Below, piece by piece: positions 47,264-59,900 of a stretch of 64,000 bases of DNA. Made by a program: the position numbers and the translations under genes. This DNA is from Pseudovirgaria hyperparasitica (taxonomy: Eukaryota). Each line of letters begins with the position of its first letter. Position 1 is the stretch's first letter. The stretch is from assembly GCA_010093815.1 (NCBI GenBank), contig ML996567.1; one strand, given 5' to 3'. Below the pieces are notes generated by a model. It was given only the letters and a program-made list of their open reading frames with translations, had not been told where the DNA came from and did not search any database.

Positions 47264-48916
47264 CATGGTACACCTTCATCCTATATTATGCTCGCTGCTC
47301 TTAGTTTTGGGTGTTATTGAAGCAGAATCGTGCAATGTAAGCTCAGTTCCACAGTCTGATCACCCGTTCATTTCGGCCACCACAGCTAATCGTACCACGA
47401 GAATGCCTCCAACAATTACATCTATCCTAAGGCTCCTTCCATCGCCGACAGCCAAGTTCTCAACAGCTCCTCATTCATCGGCTCTGCTGCATCCGCACAC
47501 CCACTCAAGCCCCTCTTCAAATTCTACCCTGATGCCTCCCTTATGCACACTGATGGTGGCAACTCCGGTGCTCGAGACGACCAAGGCCCCCTCGGCATTG
47601 ACCCACACATCCGCAGCAGCAGCGCCAAAGTCTTAATGATGGTATGGGGCTCTGATGGAAGCATGACCTGCGGCTACGCCAATACCACCATATCCAGCAG
47701 CGCGCCAAAGCTTGGCCTCGTTGCCATGGATCCAAGCACGCTGCAAATTCAAGCTGCATGGTACCCACCTGGAAACGAGACGCTACGGTTCAGCTACATG
47801 GAGTACATCAAGGAGACTGACGACATTGTTGTCAGTACGTACCAGGGTCACGTATATGTCGTGCACCGCGGGACTTGCGGTACGACGCCTTGTTTCACCA
47901 CTACGCGGACGATCTCACTAGCGGGTGCATTCTTGTCTGGCGAGCAGCTGCTGAATGCCATGTATGACACGGCGGGCAATATCTGGTTTACAACGGGCGG
48001 CACGATAAATGGTGGTGACGCAGCACAAGAGTCGTTTACCTTCGGCTATGTCACGCCGAACGGGACTGTCGTGAAAGAGCATGTACATGGAGAGTTTGTG
48101 GAGAATGGCATTGCTGTCAGTGGCTTGGATGTGTACATGGTAAGTGGACCTACAGCCATGGCAAACGCGAGCAATGCTACCGGGTACATGTATTCGGTAA
48201 CTTCAGGTCGCGAGGGGGCCAAAATCAAGTGGCGAGCTCCGTACACAGCCGGTCTGGATGCAGACGGCGATGTTCGTGGGTCCGGGTCATCGCCCGTGCT
48301 GTTGCAAGACAACTATGTTGCAATCACGGATCGATCAAGTCCACAAGTGAAGCTCAACATCTTTCACCAGAAGACGCAGAACAGTACAGACAAGCAGGTA
48401 CTTTGCAAAGTGCCCCTTTTCACGCCTGGCAAGAGCAACAACGATAACGCTGTTCTGGGCCATTTCGATGGGAAGACGCATGGCGTTATCATACAGAACA
48501 ACTACGGCATTCCGCCAGTATATCAACCCGAGCCTGACGTGCCCGTCGATGTCAATGGGAAGTGGAATGATATGAGCGGAATGGCTGGTGGAATGACGCG
48601 CATTGATATTAATCCTAATGGGACATGCTCCATGCGGTGGACAAACACTGAATTAGCTATCAAGGGCGTTTCCATCATGTCAACGAGATCTGGCTTGATA
48701 TATGGCTACGTTCAAGATACTGAGCGCTCGCCGAGGGGAGAGTATGTGTGGTATGTCGCAGCGGTTGACTGGGATACCGGTCGGACTGTCTACAAAGTGA
48801 GGACTGGTGCTGGCGGGACATACAACGATAACTATTTGCAAGCATCGGTGGGTCCTGATGGCACATTTTATCAAACGGTCTTTGGGGGTATTGTTGGGGT
48901 AAGAGATGGCCAGTAG
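47264..48916 (+). CDS. Secreted hypothetical protein, probable beta-propeller
   Basis: Signal exon MVHLHPILCSLLLVLGVIEAESCN, intron 47337-47401, then open frame into ORF 47543..48916; blade-like motifs D..GNIWFTT, AVDWDTG.TV, VGPDGTFYQ. Confidence 0.8.
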
Positions 48917-49791
48917 ATGCAGCCTTGTATGGTGCCTCTGGAAACAGTCAGTGAATGTCCATTGCTTAACCGGCTATGGGTTTGCTTCCTATCGGGTGGA
49001 GTGAAATAAGGTAGATGTTTCAATATGTAGTATATATTGTGGTAGTCCCATTGGTAGGCATCAGAGAACTATAGACGACCAATTCGCCATGGGTGCTGGA
49101 CTTTCGGTCTGTGTAGCCACAATTGTGAACATGAAACTGTGGAACTGGGCAGTGCCTTTCTACCCGAAATCCCGCACAAGCACCTTGCGTTCTCAGGTCC
49201 TGCCCCTTGATTCGGCCAGCATTCTTTTTTTTCGTAGATCGGATTATCGGAGAGAACAAAGCATGAAATCGAGAAGACATCCATCTGACATATCTTACTT
49301 GTTGATTGAATTCCAGCCAAGCTTACAAATGTGACTAATGGTGAGCGACATTTGCTTGAGAGCATTTTGGCTCCGCCGGAACAGGCATCTAACTCTTATC
49401 AAAATACTGAAAGTGAACGCAATTGATGCCAGCGTTCTGCCAGATTTGCGAACAACGAACAAAGAATTTACCTATAGAACGAAAATGTAGCACTGTTGCT
49501 TCTGCGTACATATTTCCGCTCAAGTCAGGCTACTACCATTCCGATTCGCATGTCTGCAAACGGTGCTTTGTAGTTCTGAGGGTCTATTGCGGTAGGCAGG
49601 AGACTCTGTCAGTATCTTTGTCATATAGGAGTACATAAGACACCTCTTCGTCTAACATCTCAACATCCCATCGAGCATAGCATTGACACAAGCTGAAACC
49701 AATACCAACTCCTCCTCCATCTGACACACTACGCTACCAATTTACTAAGAGCCTCCGACTCCGAGTCACAACTCGCACGCATCGTGTAGCC

Positions 49792-50413
49792 ATGGGCATC
49801 AAACAGCTCGAAGTCTCGTTGTACTGTCATGAGTCGGAGACGCACACTGAGCTTACCGATATCATGGAAGCGCTCAGAATCTACAAGATGGAAGCAAACA
49901 GCATGTATGAAAGATTCGGAATCTGTCAAAGCATAACTCCAATCAATGGAGTACCCGATTGGATGGTCATTGAGTGTGAGGGCTATGATCCACTTACATT
50001 AGCACACCCTTCATTTCTCGACCACCCTCTGACAATCAATACCAATCATGCCTACCTGACTGGCTTGTTCATCGGGAAACGTGTCAAGAGAGCCATCCAG
50101 ATGCTTAACATGATCGAGAGTAAGTACCAACTGTTAACTTCCCATACTCTCCATAGTCACTGTCTAACCTCATCAAGAAGCTGAATGGGCTGCTGAACAA
50201 AGAGAGACCGACGCATGGATCAAGAAGGACAAGGAAGAAGACAGACTTAGAATGCTTCGAGAAGCGGAAGAAGATGAAGAAGAAGATGAAGAAGAAGATG
50301 AAGAAGAAGATGAAGAAGAAGATGAAGAAGAAGATGAAGAAGAAGATGAAGAAGAAGATGATGATCATGATGATGAAAAGAAGAGAAATAGTAAGCATAC
50401 AGGCTACGCCTGA
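49792..50413 (+). CDS. Hypothetical protein with acidic (EEED)n tail; start uncertain
   Basis: ORF 49792 spliced via GTAAGT..CTAAC..AAG (about 50119-50177) to KAEWAAEQRE...EEED repeats...KHTGYA*. Confidence 0.5.
50267..50359 (+). repeat. Perfect 12-bp tandem repeat (GAAGAAGAAGAT) x7 plus a partial unit
   Basis: Read directly from the sequence. Confidence 0.95.
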
Positions 50414-52082
50414 CATTGGCTAGCCCTGCGGGTGATGAAGAAATGAGGCACATCTCTTCCTTAGAATGAGGCTGGTCCTCACAAGGTCAAGGATCATTAG
50501 ACCAACCAGAATATAATCACATCATCTGAAGCATTATCTGCTAAGAACACCCTGTGTTTTCTCATTCTCTGAAAGCAGTTCTATGTGCATAAGGTAGAGT
50601 GCTAGACCCTAGGGTCGAAACATTCTTCAATTTCGATTCCGTACGAGATGCCATAATGTATAATATAGGAACGGTGACTTTCATTGCATCCGTGCTTAGA
50701 TTAAGGTATAAACGCGTAGTAATCTGATTGTAATATCGATAGAAAGACATTCATAGGACGTAGCACGTTGCAGATTCTAGTCCTAGCTGCAGACTCTGCA
50801 ATTCATTCGATCAGCAGTTGATACTATACTACCACTCCAGAGTTGCCACCTACTAAACATGTGCATTTTTGTCTTTTCTGTTGGAGCGAAAAGGTGAGTT
50901 GGCTGCACCGTACACATCTAGAACTGCCTCATCGATATGCCCCTTTTCAACGTCCTTGTAAGTGCGCCTGCATCGAGACTTCAGCCAGTGTCTTATATTT
51001 CATACCTGCCTACGATGTATTCATTACCGATAACATAAAGATACACATTCACAAACCTGGTCGGCCGGATCAGCTCTTCCTTCGACTCGTATACACGTAT
51101 TTTCCGCCCTTTTCGTCTCTAGACTATGGTCAGTTTTCTTTCGCCTCTATATTAGTATTTACCTATGTCTGGTTCGCTCTATCGCATATCAATAGCTTCC
51201 ACTAACTGTGTAATCGAATCTTCGCCAGTTTTGTCCCTTAATCAACCCAAGGTATTACACTTAGGCGTATTTTTAAAGTAAAGTCGTCGCAAGCGTGGAC
51301 TGGTATCTACCAGCCTTAATCATATTATTCGGCAACATAACGTCACATATCAATACCCGATAATACTATAGCTTCGAGCTTGCATTACAACACGTGATGT
51401 CCCTCATCAGACACACAATTCTGAGCTGACCGTAGCGACCTTTGCTTTGGGGAGCGGTGATAAAGATGCTGTGCTCCGTGGCAGTATCCAAAGCAAAGGT
51501 CCGAAGTTGAGTCCCAGTACGAAAAGTATATTGAAATAAAACACTTAAGATAGGAAGGCTACGGGAGAAGGAGTACGCGCGTTCATGCATGATATGACTT
51601 CAGAGAGCGCAAAGCAAGACGTGCTTTCTTAGCTCACTATACTGTAGGCTTATCGTAACGTAGGAAAAATGTGCCTGGAAAGAACCTTGTACACATCGGG
51701 GCGTTAATGGGATATTTCGACCGTGGTTGTCTTAAATGATCATGTTCACTAGAGGCAATATCGAGGTTGGAAGTACTGACGCTCAGCACATTGGGTGGAG
51801 CGGACTTCAATAGTAGACAGCTATGATGAGGAATATGGAGTATTCTCAACAATATAACATCATTTAGGGGGTATTAGACGCTTGGATATCAGAACGACCT
51901 TACTCGGAATAACAGAGCACTACTGACAACAGTATCAATCACGATGTGACGAACCGTCGTCCAAGGGTCTTTTGATACCGGTTAACACCATCTTCATTAC
52001 TTTATCAATCATCCTGATCTCAAGGATTTTATATACATTGCAGAGCACACCCGTATAAGACATCAACTATGATCAGCTCCCT

Positions 52083-53294
52083 CTATGGCGTCTGGTTCAC
52101 CCGAAAGATTTTGTCGCCAAATATCGTCCTCCAGGAAGGATTTCTCCAAACACTCCAGTCGTGTGAAAGCAAGCCAAAAGTCTCATCATAGTCAACCTCC
52201 CCTTCGCGGATATAGTAATTGCCCTGCACGGCCCAATACGCCCAGTCAGCATCGTTGCCTTCGATATAGTTTCGGAGACAGTCCCAATACGACTTTTCTG
52301 TGCTAGACATCGACGTTTGTGAGAAGCCGAACTCACTGAGCCAGAGAGGACCAGTATATGGCTTTCCTTGGGCGAGAAGATAACCTGCATTGTTACCCAT
52401 GTAGGATTGATAGTTTGCACAATTCGACACATCAGTGCTGAAAGAGTAGCTGTGATACTCCCATAGAACTTTGCTCGACAGGCCTAGAGACGCCCTATCA
52501 AGAGGCTTGCTGTACATGAAGCTGAAATCCAGAGCATAGTTTACACCGCCGACGACAACAAGCGCGTTTGGATTCGCGCTGTGGATTGCCTTTGCACCTC
52601 GCGAGACAAATTTATACCAATCCGCATGCGAGTTCCCGTCTTGCCCGCCGACAGCACGCAATTCGTTTCGAAGAGAGAGTGCCACAACATTTGAGAAAGA
52701 CTTCGACCAAATTGCCATGGCGCTGAGTCCGGATAGCCAGTTCTCAGTATCAAAGTATCGCGAATTGGCATCGTTGTAACCGGATGCAGATGCCCACCAT
52801 CCGTTTCCATCGCTCGTGCCACAGCACCATTGCGCTTTAGAGGTATGATTGTCAAGGATCACCAAGATCCCTTTTCTATTCAAAGAATTGATGACCGCCT
52901 CGAAAGCTCCTCTTGTTGTTCCGCTGGCAAGGAAAGAGTTCTTGCCTTTCCCGGTGTCGTAGATTTTGGTCAGGGATGATTGTCCTGTCTCAGCTGCTGC
53001 ACGGTTGAAAGCGGTTGACACGCGCTCATCAGGGTCTAGAGCCATATCAATCGAATATGTGAGGCGTACACAGTTAAAGCCTCCATCCGCGATCAATTTG
53101 GTGATGGTATCAACAGGCTGGGACGCAAGCCCTTCTGGGATGTGTGTTTCTCCTGCTCCCGCCCAGTTGACGCAACGAAGCTTGACACGCTGACCATTGG
53201 GATCGACGATCCAACGACCCTTGGTGCTCAATACAATTCCCTGGGCTAGTACTGAAAAAATGGCCGCGCACACAAGAAGATGTCGCATTGCCAT
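52083..53294 (-). CDS. Secreted GH5 glycoside hydrolase (resembles subfamily 16 endo-beta-1,6-galactanases)
   Basis: Signal peptide, VNWAGAGE.HIPEGL..QP, LDNH.S.A.WCC...DGNG, LRNELR (acid/base), WLSEFG (nucleophile), WAYWA. Confidence 0.9.
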   Translation of the reverse strand: MAMRHLLVCAAIFSVLAQGIVLSTKGRWIVDPNGQRVKLRCVNWAGAGETHIPEGLASQPVDTITKLIADGGFNCVRLTYSIDMALDPDERVSTAFNRAAAETGQSSLTKIYDTGKGKNSFLASGTTRGAFEAVINSLNRKGILVILDNHTSKAQWCCGTSDGNGWWASASGYNDANSRYFDTENWLSGLSAMAIWSKSFSNVVALSLRNELRAVGGQDGNSHADWYKFVSRGAKAIHSANPNALVVVGGVNYALDFSFMYSKPLDRASLGLSSKVLWEYHSYSFSTDVSNCANYQSYMGNNAGYLLAQGKPYTGPLWLSEFGFSQTSMSSTEKSYWDCLRNYIEGNDADWAYWAVQGNYYIREGEVDYDETFGLLSHDWSVWRNPSWRTIFGDKIFRVNQTP

Positions 53295-55236
53295 CTTGAC
53301 AACGGTTCCGTGAACACAGAAAGGAATTGCAGGATATAATCTAATCTCTGCAGACCGACTTGGAATTATACTGCAACACATTATCATCAGACCATCGAAA
53401 TGTAGTCATGGCACATCCATGCAAGAACATAGGTAAATAGATTTTGACAAAGCTTAGCACTAAAAACAGGCGGAAGAGGAAATGATCGCTCCGGAGGGTT
53501 GCTCATATGACTACACCGCATAGCGCTTACTTTACTTCCTAGTCAAGGAACTGTAGATTCTGCACACCTTTGCTATAAGCTGAATCGCAGAATAGTTCTG
53601 TTGGTTCTTTGCTAGTCAACGTGGTTCCCGGAGCCATGGATGAGACCCACCGGGTAACGTCAGAATCCAACCCCTAGCTCGATACTAAGCCAACCGCCAA
53701 GATAACTTCAGTGCTCTGTCAAACAACATTTCTAATGGATCAGCTGTGGGTCCATATTAGTCAATTTATTGCCTTTGGTATTGAATCGATTAGGGGAGGA
53801 ACCGGAGAAACAGCATTCTCGAAAACCACCTTTGAGATTTCACTTTTAGGCGTCCACAACCTCACAATAGAGAAAATCTTCCGGCCTGTTGTCTTCAACA
53901 ATATCGTTAAATGGTATGTTTAACAGTGACCTGTAGTTGCCTAGTCTATACTCGAGGGCAAAATCGCGTAAGAGTATGCCAATCTGCAAAGTTTATAGAC
54001 CCAAGGATTCTAGAACCATGATTTACACGTCATCGGTATCATAGGCCATGAAAAGATAACTCAGGAATATTCTCTGGCTGGCCTCGTGGGCATGAGTTAA
54101 ATTCCCTACACCGTTGCTTTGACAGCTCATCTAAATTGGTCACAAAGCCCGTACGGTGAAGTTACACCAGTCCTTGCGTGCGACTGTGGCTCAGCGCCGG
54201 AACATGTACATTAATTAGCCCAAAGCACTATATTGTGATCTAGCCTCAGCACCTAATTAACCTATCCCTTACCTGTTCACTTTTGGATGGTATCCTCTGC
54301 ACAGATAAGGAGAGAGGTGAATCAAGTTATCATACCAGTAATGGATGGGATTTTCTGTCTCCACTATTGAGTATCTGCGAGTCGAATTCTCCATAAAAGT
54401 CTGATAACGTAGATGAAACACATAGGTGTTTAAGATATCAATACCTACCATACCAGCCTCAGATTGTCTACTATTTAGACGACATTGATATATTGACCAT
54501 CTTACAAAAATGCTTTTAACATGCTAATGATCTTATCAACGTACCTACAACAGCTACAAGATCCATTGACCGATGCCAATGCCCAGAGTAGGGGTTGTTA
54601 TCCAACGATGCACATGAAGCGAATCCCAGGGATATATAAGCGGCAAAGTGGAAATTTTTATCTCTGCAAGCCTGCGGGATGATTCTCTGACTTTCCATAG
54701 CCCAGAGAAGGCTTAGAGTGCAACAAGCTTGTCTTATGTGTCCGAGATCAGATGTAAAATTGAGAATTGGGCAGATAAGACGGGTTTTGGCGAAATAGGT
54801 GCCTTTTCAAATAATATATGATCCTGTATATACCTAGCAGTTTGCTGTCCTTGAGAGAAGGATATGGCTTATAAGCCCGGTCTGCCTTTAGAATATACTC
54901 CTTAGACTCCTCTAGTTACTCTGAATACTCACTGTTCAGTTATAAGCCTAGTTCGTAGGGTATTCTGGCTGTTAATACATACTCCACGGCAAAAGCTAAA
55001 AGTTACAGTATGTTGTTGTCTGCAGATCCTACTCGGAGAATTGAAAGGCTAGTCAGGCCCCTGATCCATCCGGATCGGCCCCACCCTGATGGGCCCCGGA
55101 TTGACCTCCACTTACATCTAACAGGATCCTGAAATTAGCGTAATATCGTATATCTCAGTTACCATTTGTGCGGCTATCAGGCCCATTTAAAGAACATTTC
55201 TTGCTGCTCATTCTCGGTCACGGCACATACGTCAAC

Positions 55237-56562
55237 ATGTCCGATCCACAAGTAGACGTACCGATAGCTATCATCGGAGGAGGTATAGGTGGACTGGCCC
55301 TTGCAGTTAGTCTCACACGACGAAATGTCCCATTCCGCATCTACGAAGCAGTCTCAAAATTTTCAGAGATAGGAGCTGGGATCGCATGCAGTACAAATGC
55401 TGTACGTGCGCTTGGTCTAATATCTCCAGAGCTCCTCAGAGGCTTCAATGAGTGTGTAACACAGAATGCGTTTGAGAGTTATCGTAATACATGGTTCGCA
55501 TTTCGCTACGGACAAGACCCCAGAAATAAGAGTGGAAAGAAGTCTGGCGACTTGATATTTGCGTTGCAAGAAGAACAGGAATGGGTTGAACGTGACGAAT
55601 GGCTCAACACAGCTGTTCGAAGTAGTATACACCGGGCCCGGCTACTCGAGGAATTAGTAAAGCTCATCCCTCCCGATGTAACTGAGTTCAACAAATGCCT
55701 CTCCTCAATATCAGAAGACTCCACCAATAACACAATCCTCCTGCACTTCTCCGACGGAACCACGATCTGCGCACAGGCTGTGATCGGAGCAGATGGTATA
55801 AAATCAAAGACTCGCGACTTCGTCTGTCAGAAGACTGTCCATCCGAACTACTGTTCTGAATACGCGTATCGTGCACTTATTCCTCGCGACGCTGCCATCG
55901 CCATACTCGGCGAAGAACTCGCGACCAATGGACAGATATACTGCGGTTACGGTACGTATATCGTCAGCTATCCGATTGAAAATGGTGCACTTGTAAACAT
56001 CGTCGGTGTGATCCAGAAGCAGGGCTCGACATGGCCAGGAACCGGATGGTTACAACAAAGCACTAAGGAGGCCATGCTCAAAGACTTGGAAGGCTGGCAT
56101 CCAGGCCTGATGGAATTGTTTGACAAGTACTCGAAGTGTGAGCAATGGGCGCTACATGACATGCTGCATCCATATCCATATGCCCGAGGACAAGCTTGTC
56201 TTTTGGGTGACTCGGCGCATGCCACCACGCCCCACCAGGGGGCAGGAGGAGGAATGGCAATGGAGGACGCTTTCATATTGGGTAACCTGCTGAGTGACTT
56301 TAGAGATCCAAAGGACTATGAGGCGGTGTTCAAGGCTTATGATGAGGTACGGAGACCACGTACGCAGAGTCTGATAGTATCAGGACACGAGGCGGGTGGG
56401 CTTATCTCTTTCATGGGCAAAGGAGTTGGAGATGACATGGACAAATTTGAGGATGCCGTGCGGGAAGGCTATTTCTGGATCTGGCATTTTGATCTAGAGG
56501 GCGATCTCGAGCGTGCGAAAATTTTAGTGAACGAATATCAGGATAGATTCGAAAAACTGTAA
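55237..56562 (+). CDS. FAD-dependent monooxygenase, salicylate hydroxylase-like
   Basis: IIGGGIGGL, EIGAGI, HRA.LL, GADGIKS, LLGDSAHATTPHQGAGGGMAMEDA, YDEVRRPR, WIW.FD. Confidence 0.93.
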   Translation: MSDPQVDVPIAIIGGGIGGLALAVSLTRRNVPFRIYEAVSKFSEIGAGIACSTNAVRALGLISPELLRGFNECVTQNAFESYRNTWFAFRYGQDPRNKSGKKSGDLIFALQEEQEWVERDEWLNTAVRSSIHRARLLEELVKLIPPDVTEFNKCLSSISEDSTNNTILLHFSDGTTICAQAVIGADGIKSKTRDFVCQKTVHPNYCSEYAYRALIPRDAAIAILGEELATNGQIYCGYGTYIVSYPIENGALVNIVGVIQKQGSTWPGTGWLQQSTKEAMLKDLEGWHPGLMELFDKYSKCEQWALHDMLHPYPYARGQACLLGDSAHATTPHQGAGGGMAMEDAFILGNLLSDFRDPKDYEAVFKAYDEVRRPRTQSLIVSGHEAGGLISFMGKGVGDDMDKFEDAVREGYFWIWHFDLEGDLERAKILVNEYQDRFEKL

Positions 56563-56922
56563 AAAGAATAAGAACTCCTGAATTTCCGCATACACGTGAT
56601 GCAAAAATTGTCGGTGTTTCCCTCAAAACGACTGAGCCAGAATAATGTATCATTTGTTACTAATGAAGTTAGATACGGGAGTCTGTAGATCATATCTTTG
56701 GCTCGTACACATTGTGTCTCTCGTCATATCACCTCTCAAGCCAAGTGCATAATATTATGTGCGAGGACAGACAACCGTCCCGATTTCCATCCTTAGGCTA
56801 GTCTGGTAGCTCTACTCCGGAGATGACCCAAATGAACCTGATCAGGTCGGAAACGCCAAAAGTTCTGGTACTCATACAATATATACAGATATTTCAGATG
56901 ATATTCAAGGATTCTGCATTGT

Positions 56923-59900
56923 TCAATCGTGATCATCAGCGATCTTCTCGGGTCCATCATCGTCGGCTTGTAGCTGTTCTTCCTCCGCTTCCTCGAATAC
57001 CTCATCATCGATGTCCTCCACATCTTCATCTCCTTCGTCGGGATGACCTTCATCGGCAGTCACTGCCTCTGGACTAGCTACGCTACTAGCCCCTGTATCA
57101 TCAGCAGCAAGGTGGTCCTTTCGGAACAGATTGGGAAACATGGACTTCGGTGGACGGGGTTCGGTGTCGTCGTCCTCGTCGTCCTCGTCATCATCGTCCT
57201 CCAATTGCGTGAGCTCGCTTTCATCATCTGCACTATCATGTACACTACCAGGTGCACTGACCTCGGCACCTTCATCATCACGATCTGGGGCAGACAAAGT
57301 ATTGTCACCACTAGGCCCAAATGACTTTCGCCTATCGTGAACAGGCGAACGGATAACGACTTCGACGGTATGATCGCCCTGTGGGAGGACAGGAGTCTTG
57401 GCAGCTGTCTGAAGGGTAGTTAATCTGGCAACAGCTGCCTCGGCGCGGCGCGCAATCTCTCGGCGATTCACAGCCTTGAAGCGCGGACGAGCCAATACAG
57501 GTTCTGTTGTGACAGTGGATGAAGCCGCAGCATTCATCACGACTCCAACACCCCCTATAGTAGCCTTGTCCGAATTAGCCATATTCATGAGGGAGGTCAA
57601 CGACATCATATTGGTTCTCTCTGGCGCTTGACCTCCAGAGAAAGGGGTTGCAGTAGCATTCAGAGGAAGGCTAGGCGTCTCTGAAGGCAGTGGTGGTAAT
57701 GTCAGGGCGATATCTGCATATAGCACGGCATATGCATCTCCGACAGTATCATCTATCAGCGCGTATTTAGCGAGGCCACTGTTCAGCTTCTTGAATTCAA
57801 CGGCCTCTCTGAGAACTTCGATTACGGGCATAGAACTGTCCGCGGTCAAAAGCCATTGTTCGAGCCGGTCTGCCTTGACTGCGAACTCTTCGCTACTGAG
57901 TGATTTGAAAATGATGTCTTCGTGACCTTCCGGAACTTTCGCATGACGCCGAAGTAGCTTTATGTACTCCACACAAATCTTATACCAAAGTTTGGAGTGC
58001 TCAAAGAAGTCATGAGGCCGCTTCCGAACTCTTTTCGCTAAAGCTTCAAGACTACTGCGTTCGTTAAGTTGGACGAGCAGTTGTAGAAAGAAGTCTGTGT
58101 AGAGAGTGGTGTAAACAAAATGCCGGCCAGGTCTTTCATTCTCAGGTTTCCATACTTGGACTGCCATTGTTTTTGTGAAGATCTGCTGCGTCAACTCATG
58201 CTTAGCACCCATGGCCGCCATGATACTAGATTTGTCGTCATCGTATACAACGTGCGCCGCTCTTGCCGTCATGCGATGATGCCAGCCAGACTTGTCAGCG
58301 CTTCGCAGTTGCTTAAGAATTTGGAGCACATATGACTGCCAGTCATCCAAGTCCTGGGACTTTCCGAGTGTCCGCGCATATCGAGTGGACTGCAAGGCCT
58401 CACAAGCACTTTCGTGACCCAAACTCTTATCATGGACCAACTTGTTGATGATTGAAACAAGCTTGTAATGAGGCTCAAGAACTGGCTCGCGTTTAGAGTC
58501 TTTCTTCCCCGGCAACCGATCAATAGCATTGACAAATGCATTTACAATTTGTTCGATGGTTGGGGCATTGTCGATATGGTTGCGTGTGGTGCAGTTATAC
58601 ATCTTCCATAGACACTTGCCAAGCATAAAATGGTCCATCCAGCGATCAGGATTGCCGCGTATTGCACGAATAAACAGTGTCTTCGAGAATTTCCATAAAG
58701 TGAATTCTTTAAAACTTTCATATGGCGCCTCTTGCTGGACGACGTTGCGGCTAAGAAATCGTGTTTCGGATTCACGAAAGTCGAACGCTTTCGAGCTGTA
58801 GGGGGGACGAGAAGAAGAGTACATTCGCATGCCGAAGTCTGCGTACATCTCGGCCATCGTGGTCTTATCTTCTTCTGTGATGTCGACTTGCCTGTTTGCG
58901 CAAGCAACTGCCATAGTGTAGCAATGCACTGCATTTCTTTGTAGTTGTATAATATCGTATTGGTCCCCATTTAATTTTTCGGCTGACCACGAAACACTTT
59001 CTTCCAGCTGTGTATCATATGTTTGAGCAAGACGATACCAGGTTTCCCAGCGCTCGATAGAGTATTCTAGATCTTGCATGAAGAATGCAGCAGCAAAGTT
59101 TATTTCTTCGGTCGGACCTTGAGCAATTCGTTTCTGAGACCGGAACTTGTTTAATGCAATATTGCCCATGAGGAAATACCAGCCCTTAGAAGCAGCGATG
59201 GCACGGTTTGGGGATATATGTTTCGTCGACAAGGCCCCAACTCCATGCAGGCATCGGAAGCAATTCAGAGGGTTGATAGGAGATTTCAGATAGGAAGTTA
59301 TGACCTTTCTGTTCATCATCATATCACCGTTCGCTTTCGGACGCCCAAGCGCGCCATGAAGCTTGTCGATCGCTGCTTTGTGTTCTGTTTTGGGTAGGTC
59401 TTTGACACTGATTTTATGTGCTTGTGCCATCACAAATGGTAACAACTGTGTGGCAGTCTTCGCATCCAGTGGCTCTTCCGGAGAGCCGTACTCCATGGAG
59501 TCCTCAGCTTTCGTAAAGCACTTGAGTCCATAAATATCATAGAGCGTCTGGCAAAGCTCGGCATCTCTAGCCTTTTTATCGCTAACATCGTTGAGATGAA
59601 CAAGCTCATCTTTCAGCAGCTTTAGGAAGACTTTGTTGGCCATATGCCCATATTGGCGCAGCCCCATCGCATAGTGTATGTGTCGCAGAAAGTCTAAGCG
59701 ATCATCATCTGCTGTAGGGTACTTGTCGGGATTCTGCTTCATGCCTTCTTTGAGGAGCAAGTATTGTAGTGTCCATGCTCGAACATGCATGTCTTTAATC
59801 CTTGCACTGATCATGTTATAATCCGCGTTTCCTCGTCCTTGTGTCGTGGATACTGGTACTTGGCCGACGCGGATACGATCTTCATAGACGTCAGAAACAG

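Noticed and set aside
50105..50453. Minus-strand ORFs with (FFFI)n or (LLLH)n runs resembling membrane peptides
   Set aside because: Reverse reading of the GAA/GAT repeat; the + strand spliced frame explains it.
52083..56562. Secondary-metabolite cluster around the FAD monooxygenase
   Set aside because: No PKS, NRPS, terpene synthase or other backbone gene in the window.
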